Below are positions 52,523-64,000 of a stretch of 64,000 nucleotides of DNA, piece after piece. Each line of letters begins with the position of its first letter. Positions within the stretch are counted from its first letter, which is position 1. Source of the DNA: Isurus oxyrinchus (taxonomy: Eukaryota); assembly GCA_026770705.1 (NCBI GenBank), contig JANJGN010000016.1, positions 110,050,001-110,114,000 on the forward strand, in the 5' to 3' direction. Both the position numbers and the translations under genes were made by a program. The notes under the pieces were generated by a model. That model saw only the letters and a program-made list of their open reading frames with translations. It did not search any database and was not told the DNA's origin.

Positions 52523-52940
52523 TTACAAGTTTAGTTGGGTCTAGGAGTGGCAGAGGAGTGTGGTGAGGGGTAGAGGAGAATGGAGGAGGAATGAGGGATG
52601 ATAGGAGGGAGTAGAGTACAGAAATGTCCAAGTTGCTAGCTACAATTCTGTAATTCAGAAATTTACGAACTCGCGCTGCTCAATTGAAAACCTTTTCATC
52701 CAGATGTTTCCTCACTGAAGTGGCTTGTAATTATTGACTTTACAGAAGCTGAAAAGGTACATCATGTGGAGCCATTATCGTCATCTTCTGAAACTTTGGC
52801 TTTCAAAACTAGCCTCCAACAGGAAATATGTAGTAGCAATGCAGGTCTAACTCTCCTCCTTGAGACTAAATAAGATGATTTGTAAAATGTAACAAGAGCT
52901 ATTACCTGGTATATTTCTCTCTCTTTCTTTTAACCTACAG

Positions 52941-53052
52941 TTGTCTTTCAGTCTGTGACTCTTAAATCTATTATGAAAAAGAAGGATGGAAATTTCAAAT
53001 CAAGTGGTCTCCCAGCCAAAAAAAGTCTTCACTTCATTGGTGTAAATGGCGG
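52941..53052 (+). CDS. KANK4-like: KANK-family gene exon ([38 protein letters not shown])
   Basis: Acceptor ctttcttttaacctacag at 52940, donor GG|gtaagc. Conserved KANK motifs LKSIMKKK and KKxLxFxGVNGG. Phase 1 in, phase 2 out. Not listed in the ORF track. Confidence 0.92.
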
Positions 53053-53161
53053 GTAAGCATCAAATAAAGTTTTACAGTCATACGAGATTTTCAGTGTGTA
53101 CAATTTTTGTTTTATATTTGAGTGATGTTGTTTCCAATGGTTCTTTCGACATGTATTTTAG

Positions 53162-53371
53162 CTATGAGAGCACGTCAAGTGAAGATTCTACCTCATCAGA
53201 AGGAAGCTCAGACAGTGACTTGGAAAAGGAACGTGTCAATGCGGGAAATGGAACCCAACATATTGGCAACAAAGCAGAAAATTCCGAGGACACAGAGAAA
53301 ACAGGACCTGAGGAGATCCAGCCGACAGGAATTAATGCTACAGTCAATGCTATGGAGCACCACAGTAAAAG
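53162..53371 (+). CDS. KANK4-like: KANK-family gene exon (YESTSSEDSTSSEGSSDSD... acidic/Ser-rich linker)
   Basis: Follows a 109-nt intron; acceptor ttttag at 53161; restores the conserved GG|YE(T/S)TSSE motif; donor AG|gtatat after 53371 (phase 2). Confidence 0.9.
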
Positions 53372-54699
53372 GTATATCACTTGTTGCAGCAGTTGGTGTG
53401 ATCACATTGCTAAAAACAATCAAATGCAAGAGAGTGGATGTTACAGAGAGAACACTGGGGAGATGTCCCACTTTGGTGCTCCTGAGACATGCTAAGAGTG
53501 ACTATCAAGATATTTTGTACCCTCAGCCTGTGATCTTCTAATCATTAATTCTAGCGATCAGCAAATCACAGGCTGCAGATGTGCCATTACCCAGTCTTCA
53601 CCCTGAACACATTTTTAGAATAAAGGGTGGGCTTCTTGATGCTCAGGTGCAGAGGAAAGGTAGCTAACTTCATTGGCCTACTGACCAACTCCTGGAAGAA
53701 GTTCAAAAGTCAGAGGAAATGCTCTCCTGCTTGCTGGAGAGATGAGGAGAAAAAGGATAAAGAAAGAGATGGGAAGTGAGTCAGGTTTTAAACTGGAAAC
53801 TCTGAGGTACTGTGGGACTGGACCTGGAAGTTGGGCTGCAATTGGTCAGCTTATATCATGAAAAGTTGTCTAGAAAAAGGGTGTGTATTGAAACCCCCAA
53901 AACAAACTAAGCCACCCTCAAAAAGAACAACGTGTGCAGTTCACTATTAATTCCTTGTTTTTGTTTAAAAGTAAACATTGACTAAAGGAAGTAAGGTTTC
54001 TTTACAACTGGTGTTACTCTCTATGTTTACTCTTGCTTTATTCATTCATGGGATGTAGGTGTCGCTGACCAGGTATTTATTGCCCATTCCTAATTGCCCT
54101 TGAGAAGGTGGTGGTGAACTGCCTTCTTGAACCACTACAGTTCATGTAGTGTAGATACACCCACTTGCTCTCAGTAAACTAAAACAACCTAACAATTCAC
54201 ATCAAATCTTATTTCATTATCTTCAGTCTGCCTCTTTAAATTGCAGAAACACTTGAGGGCGCTTTTGAAGGACGTAATATCTGGTTCAGATCACAAGAGG
54301 CTGCTCTTGTTTACATGCCCAGGTTACACTATTGTGTAATCAGATATTGGCCAATACGGATTCACCCCTGAACATAAGAATTTCAGACCACTTATGGAAA
54401 TGCTGAGCAAATTTTGGTATGGTCCTTATGTGGCTCCTTGGCTGTTCCACCAGATCTTTCATTTCCCCTTTCCCAATTTAGTAATGCTTGAAAATTTGAT
54501 GAAGCATCATTGAATTTCTGAATCCAGGTAATTTATGTAGATCGAAGGTGGTGACTGTAATTGCATCTGTTCCTGAAGATGACTGCTCCTTGAGACAGCT
54601 ACCTGCACCTAATTGCAAATTCAACATTAGCAACCATCCAATAAGTAATTTAAAGTCATACATTACATCAATTATTAACTATATGAGAAGGATTATCAG

Positions 54700-54975
54700 T
54701 GAAGCCAAACCAGTGATTAACTACTAGCCAGAGAGGAGTCAGTGATGAACTCAAATACATGGAGCATCAGGGATAAACTGAGAAGTAAGAGAGAGTATGT
54801 ATTAACAATAAACCATCTCCCCCAAAAGGCTCTAGATACTGGATCAACTGACATTTTCAAGAATGAGATCAATAGATTTTTGTTAGGTAATGTTATCAAG
54901 AAGTAGAGAGTAGAGAAAGGTAAATAGAATGACATACAGATCAACCAAGATCTTATGGAATATTAACAGGCTTGA
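54700..54975 (+). mobile_element. Decayed CR1 3' fragment
   Basis: ctcccccaaaaggct...ttttcaagaatgagatcaatagatttttg...gatcaacca.gatct resembles the CR1 3' end. Confidence 0.55.
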
Positions 54976-55639
54976 TGTTCCCATATACAACCTCTCTCTT
55001 TCTATTTGACTTCTGATCTTGGTTTATTTCCTTTATTATTCTATTGGCCTTACTCTGTTTTTCTATTTATCTGCCTGGCGTTCCTTTTTTCTTCTTATGT
55101 GCGCTTCTATTTTCCCTTTGTTCACTGGGCTGGGATATCATGGGTGACAGGTAGTCAATAGCGAGGAGGGATCCAGCCATGGCCAACAGGCTCACTGCTA
55201 AAAGACCTCAGGCTCGCAGAAGATGAGAGTGGACAGATCGAATGGTCTGCTGTTCCCTTTGTAACATGCAGTGAATTAAAAGCCAATATCACTGTGCAAG
55301 TCACAAAACTGTATCATCTCATCATTGTCATCCTCCTGGCGTAATCTTGCTCAAGATATGTATAATTTGCCTTGGAACAACGTATTTCCTTGTTTCACTT
55401 TAAATTAAGAGGAGACTTTATATATTTTAATCAGTCAATCAAATGGGTCCACTTTGCTGAATATAATGAGTAACAAGTAATTTTGGCTGACAGAAAGGTG
55501 ATGTAATCATACAAAATGGTTATGTTTGTCAGGACATGATACACTGCACATTAGAGCTTTTCATCCATTGTCCATTATAAATATGTTTGTCTGAATACAA
55601 GTGACTTCTGTGGATCTTCTAACAGAGATGTCTTTGCAA

Positions 55640-55792
55640 AGGTAAACACTACAATGCTGGAAATCTGAAATATAAACATCAAAATGCTAGAAATACTCAG
55701 CAGATCTGCCAGCATCTGTAGCAAGAGAAACAGTTAACATTTTATGTTGCTGACCTTTAATCAGAGCTGGAAAAGTTATCCATGTAACAGTT
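55640..55792. repeat. Penelope-type terminal repeat remnant
   Basis: aatgctggaaatctgaaa...aaatactcagcagatctgccagcatctg...cagttaacattt is homologous to 52302-52437. Confidence 0.6.
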
Positions 55793-56630
55793 AACATAAG
55801 ATCATAAGACTAGGTTATTTGACCCTTCAAGCATTCTCTGGCATTTAGTAAGATTTTGACTGATCTTCTACCTCAGTTCCATCTTCCCAAATTATCTCCA
55901 CATCCCTTAGTACCCCAAATCTATTGAACTCTGCCTTGAATGCACTCAACGACTGAGCATCTGCAGCTTATTGGCGTGGAGAATTCCAAAGATTCACAAC
56001 TTTTTGAGTGAAGAAATTTCTCTTCATCTGAGTTCAAAATTGTTTATCTCTTATTCTGAGATTGAACCCCATTTTCTAGATTCCCCACCCAGGGAAAACA
56101 TTTTCTCCACTCCCACCCTGTCAAATCCCTTTATGTGTTTCAATGCATTTTATGTGTTTCAATTAGATCATCTCTTACTCTTCTAAATTCCCAAGGAATA
56201 ATCTCTCAATCTCTCCTCAGCTCAGGAACTAGTTTAGTGAATCTTTATTGCACTCTGTCAAGTGAGAATGTGTCCTTCCTTAGTTCAGGGGACCAAAACT
56301 GGACACAGTACTCCAGGTGTGACCTTTGCCAATGCCTTGTGCAACTGTAGTAAGACTTCTTTAGTCTTATTCTTTCATAACAAAAGTTAACATACCTTTT
56401 TTTGCCTTCCCAATTGGTTGCTGTACCTGCATCTCAACTTTCTGTGATTCACGTACAAGGATGACCAGGTTCCTGTAAATGCAAACATTTCCCAGCCTTT
56501 CACCATTCCAAACAAATTCTGCTTTTTTTATTTTCCCTACCAAAGTGGATAATTCCACATTGCATTTCATCTGCAATGTTCTCCCCAACCTCTCAACCTA
56601 CCTATCGCCTCTGCAGCCACTTTGCATCCT
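55793..56630 (-). mobile_element. CR1 3' fragment
   Basis: (ataag) tail repeats at the left end; minus strand LQMKCNVE...RSHLEYCVQFWSP...RNFFTQKVVNLWNS. Confidence 0.8.
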
Positions 56631-56675
56631 TCTGGTCTTGTCTGTCTTTATGCCATAACGTCTTTAAAACTCAAT

Positions 56676-58926
56676 GGCCAGGATTTTTGGGTCATCGGGC
56701 AGATGCAGTGGGCAGGCCTGGGAGGCCAGGAAACGGTCCACCGCATGCGATCAGCCCCCGACCGCAATTTCATGCTGGCTGGAAACAATTATTCGGGATA
56801 GAATTAGTGCCACATGGAAAAATATGGGTTGATAAGAAAGAGCCAGCATGGATTTCTAAAAGGGAAATTGTGTTTTACTAACTTGCTGGAGTTTTTTGAA
56901 GAGGTAACAGAAATGTCGATGAGGGTAATGCTGTTGATGTGGTGTACGTGGACTTTGAAAAGGCATTTGATGCAGTGACACACAACAGACTTGCGAGAAA
57001 AGTTATTGCTCAGGGAATAAAAGAGACAGTAGCAATGTGGATACAAAATTGGCTGAAAAATAGGAAGCAGAGAGCAATGGTCAATGGATATTTTTTGGGC
57101 TGGAGGAAGGTTTGTAGTGGAGTTCTGAGAGGTTGGTATTGAGACCCTTGCTTTTCCTGATATATATTAACGACCTCAATCTTGGTGCGTAGGGGACAAT
57201 TTCAAAGTTTGTGGATGATATGAAGCTTGGGAGTGTTGTAAACTACGAGGAAGACAGTGTAGAACTTCAGAAGGACATAGACAAGTTGGTGGAGTGGGTA
57301 GATAGGTGGCAGCTGAAGTTCAAGGTGGAGAAATGTGAGGTGATGCATTTTGGTAGGAAGAACATGGACAGCCAATATAAAATAAGGAGTGAAATTTTGA
57401 AGCAAATGCAGGAGCAGAAAGACCTGAGTGTACATGTGCATAGATCATTGAAAGCGGCAGGACAGTAGTTAGTGGAGAAAGCAGTTAATAAAGCATATAG
57501 TACCCTGGGCTTTATTAATAGGGGCATAGAGTACAAGAGCAATGAGATTATGCTGAATTTATATAAGACTCTTATTAGACCTCAGCTGGAATATTGTGTA
57601 TAGTTCAGGGTGCCACTTTATAGGAAGGGTGTGAACACATTGGAAAGAGTGCAGAAGAGGTTTACAAGAATGGTTCCAGGGATGAGAAACTTCAGTTATG
57701 ACAATAGATTGGAGACATTGAGACTGTTCTCCTTGGAGAGATAAAGACTAAGAGGAGATTTGATATAGATGTTCAAAATCATGAGGGGGCTAGACAGAGT
57801 AGATAGGGAGAAGCTGTTCCTACTCATAAAAGGATCAAGAACAAGAGGGCACAGATTTAAAGTAATTTGCAAAAGAAGCAAATGTATGAGAAAAAACTTT
57901 GTCACACAATGAATAGTCTTGGTCTTGAATGCACTGCCTGGATGTGTGGTGGAGGCAGGTTCAATCGAAATATTCAAGGGGACATTAGATGATTATTTTA
58001 ATAGAAGTGATGTTCAGTGGTACAGGGAAAAGGCAGGGCACTAGGTCATAATGCTCATTTGGAGAGCCAGTGCAGACACGATGGGTCAAATGGCCTCCTT
58101 CTGTGCTGTTAAAATTCTTTGATTCTATGATTCTGGCTGGCCGATTAACGTAAAGAAAGCAAAGAAAGCTGAAAAATTAATTGAGAACTTTCCACTTAAA
58201 AGGACACCTTATTTATAAAAGTGTTGTCCAGACCCTTTAAAGTATCAATAGCAGAAACTGCAAGTACTTGAAACCTCTTTATCCAGCGTAAATAAACATT
58301 GTGAAACTGACAGCACAGATCAAATATCCAGAGCCATCAATCAAACAATATTTTCTGTGGGGCTGAGGTCTCATTGTGTAGCTTTGGCATGGGGTGTATG
58401 AGGAGGACCTTTTGAACTTACCTTTCAAAAGGTTCCCTCATGAAGAAGGAGGAGCGTGAGAGCAAAAGCCTGTGCATGTGCGGAGGAGCGCATACTGAAA
58501 GCTCCCTGAAGGCAGGGAGATGTCTCAGGGAGCTGAAGAATATTAAAATCAAAAATAAAGAATCTGAAAATGAGAAAAACGTGACCCAACATAGAACTCA
58601 TCCACATGAACAAAGACATAATAAAAATGCTGCCAAAACATTTTTAAAAAATTAATGTTGGAGACCTCATCCCGCCCGTTGATGACGTTTCTTAAAAAAT
58701 TCAAAGGCCGCCCACCAGCCATAAGGTTGGATGGGCAGTGAAAAATTACTTTTAATTAATTGATTAACAGCCTTAATAGGCCTCTTAATTGGCAGCAGGC
58801 GCTCGTGTGTACCTGCTGACTGAAATATTGCGCGAGTGCCGGGACACTCACCCGATGTCATTGCACGCTATTTTACACCTGATCGGGTCAGACGCGCACC
58901 CACTCACAGGACGTAAAATCCTGCCC
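56676..58926. mobile_element. Harbinger MITE (TSD AAT) interrupted by a CR1 and by a captured inverted segment
   Basis: Ends ggccaggatttt / aaaatcctgccc; AAT at 56673-56675 and 58927-58929. The right part (58600-58926) resembles 37150-37475. Confidence 0.75.
56785..58133 (+). mobile_element. 5'-truncated CR1 LINE (RT domain to 3' tail)
   Basis: SQHGF.KG..C.TNLLEFFEEVT, VYVDFEKAFDAVTH, KFVDDMKLG, WQLKFKVEKCEVMHFG; tail gattctatgattct. Confidence 0.9.
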
Positions 58927-59156
58927 AATGAGTGTTTCAGCACCTCGTAATTACAGGACTGGGGTCTATAACGGCTGTTTTCTTGTAAATTTAAGTGTGT
59001 GATCAGGTGAAAGGATCTCCTCCTCTTCTCCTCTGCTGAGTGTGATTATATGTTACAACATGACAGAATGTTTTACAAGAAGAATGATGCATTCTTCAGT
59101 GTGTGTAACACACGCCAACCTGCATGTTATCTACTGTGTAACAGGATTGACACTTA

Positions 59157-60140
59157 GGACCTAGATTTCACCAATTCGAGATGACTTGGGAGCCCTTTAA
59201 AAATAGTGGTTGGGTTCCAATTCTAGGATTCCTGACCCCACTCCCAGGGTTTCCAATTTTTAGGAGTGCCTTTTAAAGGTGTGGGCTGGTTTGGTTCGCA
59301 AGCCCACACACTGCACTCTTGACCCTGGCTGGCTCCATTGCAGGGATAGGCCTGTCTTAGCCCTCCAGAGTTTTCATGGAGTCGGGCCCAGCTTTTCAAA
59401 AAGTCATGGTTCATAGCACATCAGAGATGCATGAACCAATGTCTGCATGAAGGAACCTTTTGAAAGGTAAGTTCAAAAGGTCCTCCTCATACACCCCATG
59501 CCAAGGTTACATAATGAGACCTTAGCCGCAGGGAAAATATTGCGTGATTGATGACTCTGGATAATTGACCTGTGCTGTCAATTTCACAATGTTTATTTAC
59601 ACCAGATGAAGAGGTTTCAAGTGCTTGCAGTTTTTGCTGTTGATACTTTAAAGGGTCTGGATGATCAACACTTCTATTAAGGAGGTGTCTTTTTAAGTGG
59701 CAAGTTCTCAATTAATTTTTCAGTTTTCTTTACTCATCCGACTGTCACTATATGGTTCATTGGTTCTATTCAATGTCTAGTGGCTGAATGGGCAGGGAAG
59801 TGCCATACCTTGGCATGAGAGCATGAGGGGCAATAGGTGAGTGAGAGCATACCTTGAGGGGTCCTAGGGGTTGTTTGGGGGAATACCTTGGTATAACTGG
59901 CATGAAGGGGCAATGGAAGTAGATGGGGGGCATGAGGTTACATGGATGGGGCGTTGGGAGTGTGTGTGGGCTGAGGGGTTGTGAGAGATGAGGGCTGGAG
60001 GGCCCTTCTGTTTTTATTTAAACTGAGACAAAGTCCCACATCACTGAGGCAGACCTTTTAAAAACCTCGATTCTGTACCAGGAATTTTCTCATGTGAAAA
60101 CCCCGCACTCATCCAATTTTTGACCAGCACGCAAAATCAA
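59157..60140. mobile_element. Non-autonomous element related to 35745-37985
   Basis: Shares gga.c.tt.tgaaaggtaagt and the G-rich ggcatgg.g tract; boundaries approximate. Confidence 0.4.
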
Positions 60141-60206
60141 TGCTTCCATATCCTGAACCTATTCATGTGTAATTAGTATAATTTAGATTTTTTTTTTCTC
60201 TTGCAG

Positions 60207-60294
60207 GCATGAATCGAAGTTGAGCCTCTTCTCTGCTTGTCATAGCTTGAAGGATCACCTCAATGAGTTGGGGGCCACAAATGACAAAGATTTG
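60207..60294 (+). CDS. KANK4-like: KANK-family gene exon (RHESKLSLFSACHSLKDHLNELGATNDKDL), region preceding the ankyrin repeats
   Basis: Strong acceptor ttttttttctcttgcag at 60206, donor TTG|gtatgg. 88 nt, phase 2 in and 0 out. Resembles the KANK R...SAC..LK..(I/L)N exon. Confidence 0.88.
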
Positions 60295-60544
60295 GTATGG
60301 TAGTTTTCCCTGTTTCAACTTTCAAAGATAGAACCAATGTTTTACATACAGAGTTTGAAGCATAATACTTTTTGTTGACTACTGAACTTCATTATCAGTA
60401 GGTTTTTCAGCCAGACTGCCCATAGGTCGATGGGTCATAACCAGTTGTGGTACTGAACCATACAGATGAAGAAGCTAGAGGGTTCAATCCCTGGTCACTA
60501 AGTTCTGCTGCCTTTATATTGGCCCTCAAAAGATCTTATACAAA

Positions 60545-61002
60545 CGTAAGAATATAAGAAATAGGAGCAGGAGTATACCATTCTGCTCCTTAAGCCTGCC
60601 CGCCCCCCCAACCACCCCCTATTCAATTAGATCATGGATGATCTGCCCCAGGCCTCAACTCTTCTTTCGTGCCAGTTCCTCATAGCCCTCAACTACCCGA
60701 TATTTCAAAACTCTATCTACCTCCTCTTTAAATACTTTCAGTGATCGAGCCTCCACAACTCTCTGGAGTAGAGGATTCCAGAAATTCACTACCCTCTGAG
60801 AGAAGAAATTCCTTCGCAATTCAGTTCTAAATGAGTGTCTCCTTATTCTATAAATGTGTTCCCTGGTTCAAGATTCCCCCACTAGTGGAAACATCTGCTC
60901 AACATCTACCCTGTCAAGCCCCCTCAGAATCATGTGTGTTTCAATAAGATCACCCCTCATTCTTCTAAACTCTAATGAATAAAGGCGTAACCTGTTTAGC
61001 CG
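60545..61002 (-). mobile_element. CR1 3' fragment
   Basis: (taagaa) tail at left; minus strand RGDLIET..ILRGLDRVD...RRNFFSQRVVNFWN. Confidence 0.85.
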
Positions 61003-62184
61003 TTGAATGTCACCTGTTCCTGATGTGTGCATCTCATGTGACAACTCCCATGTGAACTTGTCAGATTAATTAATTTTGTTCACCTTGTTAGAAGGAGGTC
61101 CCCTGAGCAGCTGGGTTTAGCGGATCTTGCAAGTTTATCTTGGTGTTGCCTCACAAGATCCAAATGCAGGGAACTGGTGACACTGAGACCGCTTTAAGTA
61201 GTTATAGTTGACCTTGGACAGAAATGTTGCAAATCTACTCGATATCTCTCAGCTAGGAAGGGGGCGGTGGGAGAAAGAGACATTCACAATTTCTTATTGT
61301 TACTCAGTGATCCCAAACGGAAGGTATATATTTTGAGTGGGAGCAGGATTGGGTTGAGCAAAAATGTTCCCAGCTACTGCATTCTTTAATTTTTATGCTG
61401 AACAGCTGAAAGTTTGGTTGTGTAATGACTATGGTACTGGCCTAATAACTAGGGCATCGCTGCAGCAACCTCCTGGGAGACACCTACCTCCATGTTTGCC
61501 ATCCTATTAGGGTGTGGGAGGGCTCCCAAGGAGAGGAGCCCAATCAGAGGGCCCACAGCACAGGGAAACTTGTAGTCCCTCTGGTAGATGTGGGTGCTGC
61601 TGAGGCAGAAAGCCAATTGCAAGGGTGCAGCAAAATGGAGGCACTCTTGGACCCTTTCTGCAAACTTGAGAGTGAAGAGGCTCATCCTGGGAGTACCATT
61701 GGTGTGGACGGGAGTCCCTCCACAGGATCAAATTTGGTCGCAGCTTCAGCCTTTCATCCTAGCAGCTCCTTCATTAGTGCATGCAGCCCCCAGCTCAGTT
61801 AGCCCCCCTGGTCTGCCACCAGGATTCCACCTCCAAGGAGCTGGGGGACTTCAACAGCAGGAAACTATCATAACCATTGGAAAGCGCCCTCAATGTCGAG
61901 TCTTAATGGTCTTAATTGATTGGTATCCCCTGGAAGGTTCCCACTGAGGTGGGAAAGCAACGGGTGCCATCCCAATGTCATTTCCCCCTACTTTCCCACC
62001 CACTCCCACCAACCCCCACCCCTGTTTCACCCCCCACCTCTAAAAATCATCTCCATGGCACTGGGGAAATTCAGACTTGAATGTTCTCTGTGGTGTCTAT
62101 TGCACCCCCACCTCAACAGGAAAACCAGGCATCAGCAATAAATGTGACCCTACCAGCATTTCCCACATCTTAAACACTGATGGA

Positions 62185-62590
62185 AAGAACTTGCATTTAC
62201 CTGGCACCTCTCGAGCCAATGATATTTTTAAAGTGTAGTCATTTGTAATGTCAGCAAACTTGGTATCTAATTTGCACAAAATGTGGTCCCACCAAACAAC
62301 AATGTGATAAATAATCAGTTCAATTGTTTTGCTTTCGGAATAAGTGTTGGCCAAGGGAGGAATTCCCTTGCCCCTCTTCAATTATTGCCATGAGATTTCT
62401 TGCATCAACTGGACTTACAGATAGGACCTTGGTATAACGTCAAGTTGAAAGATGGGACCTCTGGCAGTGCAGTACTCCCTCAGTACTGCATTGAAATATC
62501 AACCTATATTATGTATTCAAGTCTCTGCAGTGGGACTTGAACCTACAATGTTCTAACTCAGAAGCCAGAGTGATATCACCGAAGTAAAAA
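62185..62590 (-). mobile_element. Deu-domain SINE (DeuSINE superfamily)
   Basis: Minus strand B-box ggttcaagtccc followed by atgcagtactgagggagtactgcactg...atctcatggca...tggccaaca, the conserved core as I recall it for AmnSINE/SacSINE. A more decayed copy lies at ~34820-35050. Confidence 0.7.
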
Positions 62591-62764
62591 GGCTATGTGA
62601 ACTTCTGGATGGAGTCACATTCGTCAGTCCCTTTTTCAAGAAGGGAAGAAATTTGGGGGAAGAAAATGAATAGGGTTGGAGAAAAGTTCCCAATGCGTTA
62701 TAATAAAGAAAGCAAAATTTTTTGTTGTAACTTCAATGTTTCAACCACTGTTTTGTTTCTGCAG

Positions 62765-62984
62765 AGGCAGAATTTAAACACTGTTCAGTGGGAATGGTTC
62801 AGGATTTCCAGCCAAAAATCTGCAGCTCCTGAGGCAGTTCAGGACTTTCTCCTAGAACTCCAAGAAATATCATTGGAACTACTTCACTTTATTGTAAACT
62901 TAACAGATGAAAATCAGAACACCGCTCTCCATTACAGTGTCTCCCATTCCAACTTCCACATTGTGAGACTCTTACTGGACACAG
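62765..62984 (+). CDS. KANK4-like: KANK-family gene exon, ankyrin capping region and first ankyrin repeat; gene continues past the window
   Basis: RQNLNTVQWEWFRISSQKS...NLTDENQNTALHYSVSHSNFHIVRLLLDT matches the KANK EWFRvSS and NTALHYSVSHSNF signatures. Acceptor tttctgcag at 62764, donor CAG|gtatcc, 220 nt. Confidence 0.95.
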
Positions 62985-64000
62985 GTATCCAAAGATTTTC
63001 TTTTTGAGGTGCTGTAGTTCAGACATGTTCTATTTACAGGGTAATATAAATGTTGTGTGTATCAATGGGTGAATATAAACCGAGCAATTTGGGTAGATTT
63101 TAGTTAGGTAAGGTTTAAAGGGTTATAGAACCAAAGTGGATAATTTGAGTTAAGATACAGATCACGATTTAATTAAATGACAGAACAGACTGAATGGCCT
63201 ACTCCTGTCCCTCTGTTGTTATGATCTCAATGCCCCTTGGTTGAGGGATCGGAAATCCATCAATGCCCCCACAGTTGATCCTTATTCAATAACCACTGCT
63301 GGAAAGTATCTATATTTGGATGCCAGTTAGAAGTAAGTTATGACCGGCTGTGATGTCCCCACAGTGGATTAGCCTGCAAATGCCATGCTTAGGTCCTTGA
63401 ACATAGCACCAAAGAGCTACCAGAGCTCATGGAACTGCATCTCAGTAAGAATCAGAGATTTTGGGAAAAGAGAAGTTAAATTTGAAAACAGAACTATGAC
63501 TAATGTCTTGTACAAACCTGCTGCTGAGTGTGAAACCTAATTTTTTCTTTGGACCCCTACTTGACATCTGATACATGCAGCTTACCTGAAAAGTGCTGTG
63601 TCTGTAATGAGTGGGGGAGGGGGGTGTGGGGGTGCATTGCACTGCACAATTTTCCTTCCCCAACTGTACCTGCATCCTCTGGCACCCAGCCTCCTGGTTA
63701 CTGTGGCAATTGGGCAGAGAAGCCCGAGAAATCCCAGAGCAATGTAGTAGAGGTGGACACCCAACGTATCAGTTCTCCATCTTCTTTTTCCTCTCAGTTA
63801 TGCAGGGAGCTGAGCATTTTCCAGTTACAATATAAGGAAGAAGTTGATCTTTGTACTGCTATCTAATGTCAAATATTGTGAGGTTTGAATTAAAGGTTGT
63901 TTAACATTCAAGTCCATTGCACAATTAGGTGCAACCTTGGCTACAGCAATGTAGGAACAAGCTGCAGCTTAACTTGTGAGGTTTTGTGTTCAGTTTATTT

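Noticed and set aside
53046-53495. 149-aa ORF as a standalone gene
   Set aside because: Only 53162-53371 is exonic; the flanks are intron read-through. The same applies to ORF 62597..63007.

Overview
Eukaryotic, vertebrate DNA. The repeat landscape (abundant CR1 LINEs, Deu-domain SINE, GC-rich Harbinger families) points to a cartilaginous fish; this is an inference. The window holds one host gene: a KANK-family gene (KN motif and ankyrin repeats, KANK4-like around the KN motif) on the + strand. Six phase-consistent coding exons run from the ATG exon (27618) to the first ankyrin exon (62984). The gene continues beyond the window and its first 5'UTR exon is not identified. The rest is intron or upstream sequence packed with nested transposon relics: a Gypsy remnant, a Ty1/Copia (GalEa-like) element, a near full-length CR1 and many fragments, three two-gene PIF/Harbinger elements, several Harbinger MITEs with 3-bp TSDs, a solo LTR, SINEs and Penelope-type remnants. 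Most notable: (1) two ~4.47-kb Harbinger copies in inverted orientation bracket the KANK start-codon exon and the giant exon; (2) an 84-bp-arm palindrome with a TSD carries a minimal hammerhead-ribozyme-like fold; (3) the Copia element; (4) several short local inverted or direct duplications about 1 kb apart. I see no firm evidence of a wholly new system; these are testable hypotheses. No CRISPR arrays, rRNA or credible functional tRNA genes.
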